Positions 49,287 to 60,379 of a stretch of DNA of 64,000 nucleotides are shown one piece after another (the first letter of the stretch is position 1; every line of letters begins with the position of its first letter). A program made the translations under genes and the position numbers. Origin of the DNA: Podospora anserina. Lineage: Eukaryota. The notes below the pieces were generated by a model. The model ran no database searches. It saw only the letters and a program-made list of their open reading frames with translations, and was not told where the DNA came from. Location: the NCBI GenBank assembly GCA_017654855.1, contig CM030333.1:930001-994000 (forward strand). Direction: 5' to 3'.

Positions 49287-51480
49287 GCTTTTGAGCCGCG
49301 GCTTGGCTTCTCCGGGGAAACAAACATGATCCTCGGCTTGTGGGGACGGGTGAAGAGGAGCCCCCCAAGTATCCAGCAAAAGATAATGGCGACTGGGTGG
49401 GTAGGTGGTTTGTGGGCAGATGTGTGTATCTATAGGTTATTATGAGACGGTCGTACATTGTGTGAGATATCCGCATGCATAAACAGCATCATGCATCATG
49501 GAGGAGCAAGCAGACACTACAATGATCCACAAGCCAACTGCAAGGTCCAATTCGTTTCCACAGTGACCTTTTCTCGCCTCGGCGCCTTTCTCGCAAGGCG
49601 AGGAAGCGGGCCTCCACAATGACATGGAAGCTTCGGATGCATCGCCATGCTTTTTCCATGCAAAATTGTCGGAAAAGCACGAGCCAAGTGGATGAAGTCC
49701 TGGGACCTGCAGGCGGGTTCTCCCGTAGGAAAATGTATGTACATGACATTGCTACCACTAGTCAGGGACAGTTCGGGTTTTCTCGGTATATTCTGATATT
49801 TGGGATCGACGGGCACCGGGTGATGTTTGCTGACTCTTGTCCATTTGTTGATGTGTTTCTTCTCACGGCCGGCACCTGTGAAAAGTGAACGGTTGGCGCC
49901 GCACAACGTGCATGACACCTGCAGGAAGCCAGCCAAACAGCTTCCAGCGAGGCTGATAGCATGCTACAGCCAAGAGATGCCATCTCACATCGGTAACCCC
50001 CCACTCAAGCAAGCATGGCAGCACAGCTTCACAGCTTCATTAGCTGTTGGGACATTCAGGACATTGGGCAGAGCAGAGCAGCCTTGCCGGTTCGATGAAG
50101 TGACAAACGCGAAGGCGCGATATCAAGGTTTTTTGTTTTTCTGATAAAAAGGATTGCGATAAGCGATTGGTTGTCGAGGTTGTGTCTCGTCACCGCTGGA
50201 CGGTTGAATGCGGATTTCTTCACAGGGACAAGGTGATGACAGGGCAAAAGGTGATCAGTGCTCGATATGGCACCAAGCTTAGCTTGAGCTTGGACGCTGT
50301 TACCCCACTCCTCGGCAGCCACGGTGCCACCACAAGCAGGGAAGCCCGCCTTTGGATTGCGCCGCTCTCACCTCGTCAGCGCATCCTTTTTCTTCAACAA
50401 CAATTCGCCCTTTCCCGCCTCTCTTCACCTCTTTCACTCTACTCTACCTCCCTCTTTCCACAAGGCCGCCCTTTCTGATTTCCTCCCGACCTCCAGGCAT
50501 CAGCCCAACCAGTAAGTAGTTCTCAAACACATCTTTCGTCACTCAACATACCGGTCGATTTTACCGGCGCCGCCCGGTGGACACCGTTCAGACGCCCCGC
50601 GGTTCCCGTTCCGGTCAGTGCAGAAATGGGGTCTCGGGGTACATGCTCGCTGCATTCACCAAGCTGAGTCGTTCAGGGTGAGGTGCTTTTCGCCATAGCA
50701 CCCTTGCCGAGCCGGGTGACCTCTCACCCTCTGCTGGAGTTTGCTCGAGCGGGTCATTGGACGAAACCGCCGAGTGGTGGCAGTCAAAATTCGCGCAGTG
50801 GGAAGACGAACCACCCACTCAGCCTTTTTGGGGGTGGGAGAGGGGTGTGTGAGCTGCCGTACCTCCGTGCCTCCGGTGGCCAAGCTTTATCGTTTCTGCC
50901 GCCGCGGGCTCCACCGGCGGTATTTTGTTTCCTTCCCTCCCACCCGCGAGAGAGCTTCCATCTTTCTCTTCTCCCTCTTTTTTCCTCTTCAACCTCACTC
51001 GACAACTCTGTTTCTTGCCCTGCGCAGCAGCAGACTGCCACCCCCTCAAATACCCCAATTGGCTCGTCGTCGTCAGAAAGAAAACGTCTTGTGTTGTTCA
51101 CACCCTTCTACCTACTACCTACCCTACTTGCACCTCGTACCGCAACCTTAAACTGTAAGCAGTCTTTTGCTCGCCAATTGGTCCGACCGAGCACCTTTTT
51201 TTTTATACCAGTTTTCACATGCCCCGTTGTCAATGGCTCTGCGCCGAGTGGTGTTTTGAGTCCTTTTCGGAGTGTCTCAGTCGAGGGACCCGAGCTTTGG
51301 CAACATGACGGATGCCAAGCGATGTTTGGAGCGGCGTCGCAAACAACAACACGCGATCAATGCGACAATCTGATTTTATTCAAGACTTTCTGAGCTGCTC
51401 ACTCGCATCAATTGTCTTGTTTCTTTCAATTGCCAGAACATCCTTTGCTAACAAAACGTCTCACAGCCTTAATAACTAAA

Positions 51481-51672
51481 ATGGCCGCCATCAGCACCGT
51501 CGTCGCTCGCGACACCTATGCCGCCCTCTCCAAGCGCCAAAACTGGGCTGCCCAGGAGCCCGGTGTCATCACCGTCTTCTGCATCGTCGGCGTTGTCGGC
51601 ATCGGTCTCATCTGCCTCTTCATCTACAAGAAGTTGGTCGCCCGCAGGGAAAGACGCCAGGCTGTTGTCTAA
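51481..51672 (+). CDS. 63-aa single-pass membrane microprotein
   Basis: AAAATGG start context; strongly C-ending codons like the GH16 and INO1 genes; TM GVITVFCIVGVVGIGLICLFIY followed by KKLVARRERR; branch site and acceptor (GCTAAC..CACAG, 51466) 14 nt upstream; purine-rich 3' region downstream. Confidence 0.82.
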   Translation: MAAISTVVARDTYAALSKRQNWAAQEPGVITVFCIVGVVGIGLICLFIYKKLVARRERRQAVV

Positions 51673-53437
51673 ATGACACATCACCCTGACTCTGCTTTTA
51701 AATCACAGAGGCGTTGGAAGACGGGGAAGATGGAAGGGCGGGTTGGAATGAAGTAATGATTCTTTTAAAAGAAGAACGGTGGACAGGTTCATCTCATGGA
51801 AGGGAAGGGGGGATATGGGATTGGATCAATTGGAAGGATGAGAGATGGGATATTCTCTTGTCCTGAGGAGGAGCGGATTTGGGATTAAAGATCGATCGAT
51901 CGATTTGCAACGATACCCTGCAATGTATTCTCGGCGTGCGTACCAGCAGCACAGCACAACACACAGCATCTTACATTTTTTGGCCTCGTAGCCAAATTTA
52001 CTTCTTAATCAAGCATTCAAGCATGCTTTCCCCCCGATTTGTACGGATTGTTATTTTGGACTAGGGGAATGTGGTTGGCCGAGAAGCGAAAAGAAAACAA
52101 ATGAATGGAGCTGGCAGATTGGGGGGGGAAGCAATTGCGGTTGATTTTGTCCTGAGCTGCAACAATCATCGGATCGATCGGGCCATTTACCTCTGGCGAT
52201 ATTCTTGCCGTGAGGGGATGATGAAAAACATCCCATCATGGTTGAATATCTGCCTTGATGGGGGGTGGTGATATTTCTCTGGAAAGGTTGGGCTGTTGGG
52301 GAGGTTTACCTGATGGCCTGGACTTTTATATGTTGATTTTACACTTTTTTTGTTTTCCTATTAAGGCTTAATATTAAAACTTGATACCTACCTGTTACTG
52401 TTGCACCTGTGATGTGATGGGCTGTTGATGTATGTCCATTGAGGCTCAAAAGGAATAGATTTGTCAGGAGCGTGTGTCACGCCGCTGGATGGTGTTGGGG
52501 AGTACCGTAGCATGGGAATAAGTCGATGCTGGGAATAACATAAACCAAGAGGGAAGAAATAACGCACACGACACACGACGCGCGACGGCACATAATCACT
52601 CATCATCTCACGGATATGTTGTAATGTTACACAGCATACCCTACCTAAAAACCTCTGAGCACAACCGGTTTCCCCTCTGCAGTCAGCCAGTCAGTCAGCA
52701 AAGGGTCCTCCTCTTCCATGTGAAGCTACAGAGTTGCCTCGCCCAGCAGCCGTTTCCCCGAGCGCCGCCAAGCAAAGGGGTTGGGAAAGCATATCGCGGC
52801 ATGGCATGGCATGGCAGATCTTGGGAAAGCGGTCTGGGGTTGAGCGGTTGGGGGGTGGGGGCAAGCAGCAGTGGAAGTCTATTTCCGGGTTTTGTATCCG
52901 TAATCCTTTGCTTTCATGAGATAATCATGGTCGGGTCCTCAATTGTCCCTCTCCGGTTGAATGAGAGGGCTACATCAAGATGAATCAAATACCGATGTGT
53001 GAATACTGGCAGTCAAGAAAAACGAGGCTGCAAAATAGAGAGCCATCGACATACTTTGTCTCACCTGTCTCAGACTCATGCTGTAAACTCTCAATCGACA
53101 GCCATTCAAGAATCGTTTCACAATCAAGAGCACAATCACAGTCACCATCACGACACCAGTCAACATTCAGGAAACATCAGGGTTCCCCATTTTCTACCAT
53201 AATACTATCTCGGATGCTCCAGCCTTCCCAACTCCGCTCTCCTTATGCATCACCGTTAAACCCAGTTTTAAACCCCCATCCCCATCCTAATGTCTATCAA
53301 GTGCCTTTTGATGTGCCGCTCAACATGACCAAGTTTTCAGAACCGAAGATTAAAGGTTAAGACTCGAGAAAGAAAAGAGCAAGGGTACTGAATCCCCTCA
53401 AAACACGCTCGAAGCCAAAGCAAAGGAGTTGCAAAGC

Positions 53438-55120
53438 TTAGAAGAGCTTGTGCTCAAGAGTCATGTCGGACTCGGGCTGGAGACCCAAGCAGCCGCGCAT
53501 GATGTTGACGAGAGCGGAGCGCTGCTTGGCAAGGGCGTTGACAACGGGTGTGCCGGGAGGAGTCAAGGGAGCCTTGAGCATGTAGGAGAGGACAGAGAGA
53601 ACGCTGTGGAAGCCCTCAAAGTCCTTGGTGGCGGCGCCGTCGGTGGAGACAGCCTTCCACCGGATACGGGTGAAGAGCTCGGTGATGAGGACCAAGTCGA
53701 TGATCAAGGGGGAAGCGAGAAGGGAGTCCTCGCACACGTTGAAGAGCGAAATAGTCTGGTGACCGCCGAGGAAGATCTCAGCATAGTACTCATCAAGAGC
53801 ACGCTTGTCGTCGCCGACAGCGGGCATGTACTTGATGACAACGGTGTGGTCGGGCTTCTCGCCGGGGGCGTAGAGAACGGTGTTGGCCTCCACCATGTCG
53901 TCAATGACGTTGGACTTGGAGATCTCCTTGGAGCGGAACTGTCTCTGCTCGCTCAGGTTCTTGCCGTCGTTGTTGCCGAGATGGTTGTAGCTGGCAACGG
54001 AGGTAAGCTTGATACCGGCGTTGATGAGGAAGTCGACGAGGGCCGACTTCATCTTGGTCTGGCCAGACTTGAAGTCATCACCACCGACGAAGGCCCTGTG
54101 GCGCTCGGCAAGCTCAATGGCACCGGGAACGAAGGTGTTCTGGGGGGAGCCGTTGATGAAGGGGGTGTTTTCGAGGATGCAAGCAACAGCGAAGACGGTG
54201 GAGGGAGAGACCTCCTCGTGGCCGTTCTCAATGGCCTTGAGGAGGTTGTCGGCAGTGTCGTTGACACCCTCAATGAGGTCAGCGAAACGCTCAGTGTTGG
54301 CGGTCCACTGGACGATGACACGGTCAAGGTTGTTGGCAGCCTTGAAGTCACTGTTCAATTCATGTTAGTCAAAATGCTTCTCAGAGCAGCTTCAAAAATG
54401 TGCAACGTACCGAATGTCCTGGCGGATCTTCTCAACGTGGGCCATGGAGGCCTTGGTGCCCTCGAGGATGTTGTCGGCACGCTTCTCCTGGTTGGCAGCA
54501 ATGAAGTCGGGGTAGTAGATGCTAGGAAGGGGGACCATGGAGGCCATCTCCTTGGCAACCAGAGCCTTGAGGCCGGGCTCGAGAACCTGGGCGCGGTCCA
54601 TAGCCTCGGCGAGGTTGAGCTTGCTGATGTCCCAGCCGCCGATGACAATGTCGTTGGGGTGGACCATGGGGAGGAGGTCGTGGAAGGGGATGTTGACATC
54701 CTTGCGGGTCTTGGCATCGGTGCCGAGCTTGATGGTAGAGCCCATGATCAGAGAGCCGTAGTAGTTGGCCTTCTGCTCACCGCGGCGGGTCTGCCAGGAG
54801 AGCCCGCGGCGGTTGGCAATGATGCCGGCGGTGACGGTGGAACCGTTGTTGCCGCCCCAGCCAACGAGCATCATACCCAGCTTGGGGACCTTGGTGTCGA
54901 CATTGAAGTTGTACTGGGTCTCCTTGGGGACCGCAACATACTGGCCGTTAACCTCGGACACCTCGGTGGTGTGATAAGTGTACTTGGAGCGGATCTGGTT
55001 GTCGGTGTACTCGACGTTGGGGGAGTTGACCTTGAAGGTCACCTTCTGGTTGGTGGAGGAGGAAACGCCGCCAGAGTTGACAGGTCCATCACCGTTCGCG
55101 ATCTCAGCGTGGGGAGCCAT
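53438..55120 (-). CDS. INO1: Myo-inositol-1-phosphate synthase
   Basis: Exons 55120-54411 and 54350-53438. [80 protein letters not shown]. Confidence 0.98.
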
Positions 55121-55244
55121 TGCTAAGGTTGGAGAGTTGTTGATTTTGCCTGGATGCTGAGAGTGAATTTATCGGGTAGAGATGTAATCCGCTGAGCTTC
55201 CTGGAGAGGCAGAACAACGGGCTCCGGCGTATGGGTGATGGACC

Positions 55245-55252
55245 CTTTTATA
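55245..55252 (-). promoter_or_regulatory. TATA box of INO1
   Basis: TATAAAAG on the - strand about 125 nt upstream of the INO1 ATG. Confidence 0.6.
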
Positions 55253-58200
55253 CATGTTAGCAGAGGTTTGTGAGGAGGCAGCCGGAAGGGGGACGAGTTG
55301 AGGCATTCTCCGCCAAAGACCGTGATCTCAACAGAAGCGGCGGTTGAGGGAGCACGAAGAGATTGCCAGGTGGGCTACAACAAAGGGTATATCAGGGGCG
55401 TGGGGTCAGGGGACAAGGAGACAAGGGGGGGGGGGTGGGGAGGAGCATGTGGTAGTGGTAGTGTAGGTAACGACATGGGACAACGGAGTCCAAAAGGACA
55501 GGTGTTGACGGTATGGCGGCATATGCGTCGAAGTTCGGAGGAGCAACACTTACGAGTTAAGAAGGTTGGAGAACGTTTTGACGGTGTCGTGATCGCGGCC
55601 CTGGAGCTGCGATCAACAAAGCTGAGATGGGAGCAACAAAAGGTTCGAAAGGGGGGGGGTAATGTCTCGAGTCAGACTCGAGGGAGTTGGCTTGTTTTGT
55701 TCACAAGGAAGTAGGCAAGACGAAGAGCGGAGGAGCACGAGACGACACAATCGTCCGACAGCAAGTGACAGGAAGGGCCTTCCTTTTTATGTTTGGGGAA
55801 AAGACCGGACGACGTGGGCGGTGAAAGAAACAAAATCCGCACTATAACCTTGGGGCTCCACGTTTCGGACAAGTCGGCCGTTCAAATCACCGTTCAATGG
55901 CGGGGGCCCGGGGTCCATCCATGAGTTGATCGGATGAATGCGTAGCGGCGGTCAATTGCTGCCGGGAAACATCGCGTGTACTTTTCCAAATCACAATCGA
56001 GACATATTTCCACGGTAGAGACACTGCGAGCTCAGAGCTTTGGGCATAGCGCCTGCAGATACCAAGAGATAAGGGCATGGGGAAGAGCTATGCGAGCAGC
56101 GAGCATCGAGCACAAGCAGCAAGCAGGACGCAGGCCGCACCGGCAATTTCCTGATCGAGAGAGAGCCTTCTCTGTGGATTGTCTGGCCGTTGGATGTCGC
56201 CAGAAAGTATAGAATGCACAACCTACCCACACAGCAAATAAAAAAAAGCTGCCCCGCCATCCCCGCTCTGCCACAGCACGGCAGCGGGAGGGCGGGGGGC
56301 ATGTCTCGGCCCCCGATTTCGCTGATTGGTAGCGGGGGAGCGGCGGAGTTGACCCGTCCAACCCCAACACCTACCGACGCCGGGCGGCAGCAGGTCGCCC
56401 GAAGAACTGACACCGCCCGTGGCTTCAGTGCTGTGTTTTCGATGAGAGGAGAGTGAGGGTTTACTTCTTCAGTGGCTGCTGTCTCTGCAGGACGAGTATC
56501 CACTGTGAGCTGTCAAGCCAGTCAACAACAGCAAATTCATACCACCCGCGCCCGCTCCCGGCCCGGTTGGTTGATGTTGACGTTGGTAGTATCAGACTCG
56601 AGGCCGCAAGGGTACTCTCGCCGTTCGGTTTTAATTCGATCCGTACATAACATATGTCTGCTTCCAACTTCCAAATCTGTCACCGCGCAGCCGTATGGCT
56701 TTCATGGCTTGACTATACAGTTCGAGGCAAGGTATCATGATAAGCACTAAAAGCGGACAAATGTCGTTCTGTATCACGATATTCCACCTGTGTTGTTGTC
56801 CTGCAGTCTTGAGGGAGTTACCATTCACCAACGAACACGAGCCGGCAGGGGTATGTGAGACATGCAGCAAAAGTGATATCTGATTTTATTCTGGCAATAA
56901 GGTGATCCCTTGCCTCATCATTCGTCGACGCTCCCGAGCATTTATCAGGGAGACACAGCAGTCTCGGTCGGGCTGTCGTGTGTATAACCAAACACCGAGT
57001 TCTGGTTTGTTGGAGAAGATGCACCGTTTCCTGCCCACCGCTCTTCTCGGGAACGGTGCCGTATATGGCAGCTCATCGATGCGGCTAAGATGCTTGTAAA
57101 CCATCCAATCTTGAACTTCCCAGAGGGTGGAACTGCCGTCTTCAACGTGTTTCCTGTAGTTTAGCATTGCGGCAGTGTGCTGTGCCCTGAGACGCGAGAT
57201 CCCCTGAAGACTGTGGGGAAACCTCGAAACGAAACCTACCAAGACCCTCGACCTGGCATGCTCGATCCTGGTAACTCACTGAAGATCAGTCTTTTGCTGG
57301 CAACGATTGACTGATCATTACTGAGAGTTGGAGAAGAGCAGAGAGGAGCGACGTGGTTAGTGTACCCCACGCCTGTGCCGAACTGCTCCGTCTCCAGGGT
57401 GCTCGTTCCGTGCGAGCTCTACTACAAGAGTACCTGCTCGAGAAGGCTGGGCCGGAAATGCTTCTCTGTGGCTGCTTGTGAGTCGTCTTCAGTAGACATA
57501 TACTATCATGACTGCGGGAGAGTTTACTCGTTGTCACCCCACTGACGTGATGAGAAACCCTTCAGTCATTCCCATAGGCCCAGCCTTGAGCCTCCGCAGC
57601 TGCAAATCAATAAGGAAGGGTTGACGTGCAGCTTCTTAGTGATGAGGTGCTGGTCAACAGTGGCTTGCTGCATCGATGCATTGTCGATGCGAGGCAGGCT
57701 CAGGCAGGACGACGAATCCGGCCAGTTGTGTGCAACCAACATGAGATCCTCGACGTGGGGTTGACAGTTTGCAGAGGTGCCATAGGTTGCTCTTCCCGCA
57801 CCACCCCAACTATTTGTTTCGCTCCAGTCAAAAAGAGGTTCTTACCTGCAAGATCGATGAACAGCATTGAGGGCTGTGTGGACCACAAGCAAGCCGGCGG
57901 CTGGCACGGGAAGCCGTCATAATCTCTCCATGGTTTTCGTGCTGTTCCGAGGCACCTAGGCGATGCTTGCTTTTGATCATCCCGCCCTCGTCTATCCTGA
58001 CACACCAAGTCGGCCTCTAAACGGGCTGTCAAGGCGAGCGAATCTGATTTACCGCCGCATGGCAAGGTCAGGAAATGGCCCGGACCAGTCGTTCGACCTT
58101 CACCTCCCACACTCTGGACGAGGCGGGGTAACCATACACACAGTGCAACCGCCAGACTGCCCTACACTCAAAGTCGTCAGCCGATACTCTCGGCGCCATG

Positions 58201-60379
58201 TCTCCAATCTTATTGGATATGCAGGGTATGAAACTCGCCCTATAGGTATATACCTCTGTATAGATGAATATCGGAGGTGAGGGCAGGTCGTCGTCAGGGC
58301 CGGGAGACCGAAAGGGAAAATGTGGAGGTCTTTCTGGAAGAGCACCCCAGACAATGGTTCATTTTTCTCGGCAACAGCCTTTTCTCCAGACAGATGCGCC
58401 TCTCAGGGCTCGGCAGGGGGGGCAAAGCAGTGCGGAACGATGGCTCGGCAGGGCGCGGGTTGCTTGCTTTTTCGATGCGTCCAATGATTCGGCACATCGG
58501 GCGCGTCAGGAAGGCGATCAATCTTGGGCTCGCTGGCCCCGGCAGCCATTCAGCCGCCTTAGACGGCCTTGTTCGATTTTCAGCGAGATGAGAACCGTGA
58601 AAAGCCGGAATTGTCGCGAGTTGTTGGCAGAGGTGGCAAGCAATGCCAACTGATGAGGGTCAGATGCGGTGTGAACGCATCGGCAGGAACACTCTTCTGT
58701 GCCTGAAGGCTGCATTCGGGTCACTGGACCGAGCGGTGAGGCCGCTTGGCGTGGAGAGAAGGTTGCAGTGATGCATCGCCGTCTCTCGGAAGAGGGGAGA
58801 AAGCCATAGCGAGTATCAGAAAATATCGCAGCGATCGAGGGTGGGAAGAGGGTATTGGGGCCAAGAGGATGCTGAGACGCGGGAATGTGTTGCTGGTTCA
58901 ACTGAAAAAAAAGTGTCAAACAAGTCATTCATGCTGGATTCCTTCATGAATCCCGTCATCCTTGATCGATCCTGGTGAGTATGATTAGTCTCTAAACGCA
59001 CCAATTGGGAGCTGTGGTGAATGTACATAGCTTACTGCTGGTGATAGGTGAGGTCTAAGACAGAAAGCCACTGGTAGTTGGTTCAAGAGAAAAGTGGGCC
59101 CCTCGAGATTACAACAAGCCACTTTGAGGGTTTGTTTGGCGCGCCGTTGATGTTTGGTGGACGGGTCATGTTTGATGCTAGAGCTTGCCTCAAGGTGAAG
59201 GTGGCATCGCGGATCTGGGCCACGGGCAGCATGAAAAGACCCCGAAATGATCTCCGATAATTTTGAAGTCGTGCGTCGGGTTGACTGGATGCAACACACC
59301 CTTTTGTCACTCGTCCTTGTGTCACCACCCTTGCCTGCCGGAACTGCTGCTGATGGTCAGAACTCAGAAGCTTCTCCTTCACCGTGCATGATGGGCGTTG
59401 GTGATAGCCGTTTTGGGAACAAGGTGAGCTGGCACAGCGCGGGTAGGTAGAGATAGATGGAGATAGCAGAGAGATGGCAGAGACTGTCTGTAGTGAGAAC
59501 GTGTGAGTGAGGTTCAACAGTCAGGGGGCCTGGCCTCGTCCATTTTGATTTCCGCCCCATCTTGTGGCCATCGCGCACATCCCGGTCGGCTTCAATCAGA
59601 AGTCGTCGATAATTGCGGAGGCGCTCGGGCCTAGAACCCACTGCGAACGAGGGTTCCCTGGGTGGCTGCCGAGGGCCCGACCTGAGACCCTTTTTGGTCT
59701 CTTCGTCTCGACAGGGAAGGCCGGGGTGAGCAGGGCCAGGGTCGCGGTCACCGTGTCTCCCGCCCACGCAACTGCCAGCGCCCGCGATTCTTCAACTCTC
59801 TCCCTCTTCTGCATCCCTTCCATGCCGTCAAACCGCCAGACTCGACCCCCGAGACACGATCCGCAACGCACTCGTCCATCGCCTCCCCAACAGATCGCTC
59901 ATTCCGTGCATTTCGGCAAGTTTGCCCTGTGCATAGCCCTGACGAGCTTGGCATCCCTCGGGCCTCTTGTGTTTGCCTGCTTGCGAGAGCCGGTCCCTGT
60001 CTTGTAAAACCAGATCAGATCCCTCCCGCTGCACCTCATCATCCTGAACATATTAACGATTGCTGGAAACAATTGATAACCTGGAACCACCACCACTTCG
60101 ACCCCGGACCTAATCTCGACGACAACTACGGATACTCCGAACTTCCCTGTCTATCTCGACTACCGTGCTGCTGTTATCACACTCATCACTATATATATAT
60201 ATACCTACATAAAGGCATTCGCCGGGTTCAGGACGCGTGGACTGGGGAACCCGGCGGACTGGATAGCTTCTCCGGACAGTTCGAGACTTCCCCGCAAAGC
60301 CGAGACCGAGACGCGCCTCGATTCCCATGTTTCAGTCGACGACACACCAGTGACTTGCAGGAAACGACGCTGATTGGGA

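Noticed and set aside
53429..55126. 565-aa plus-strand ORF covering INO1
   Set aside because: TTG start and codon-register mirror of a highly biased gene that avoids TTA/CTA/TCA; the 60-nt intron preserves the frame.
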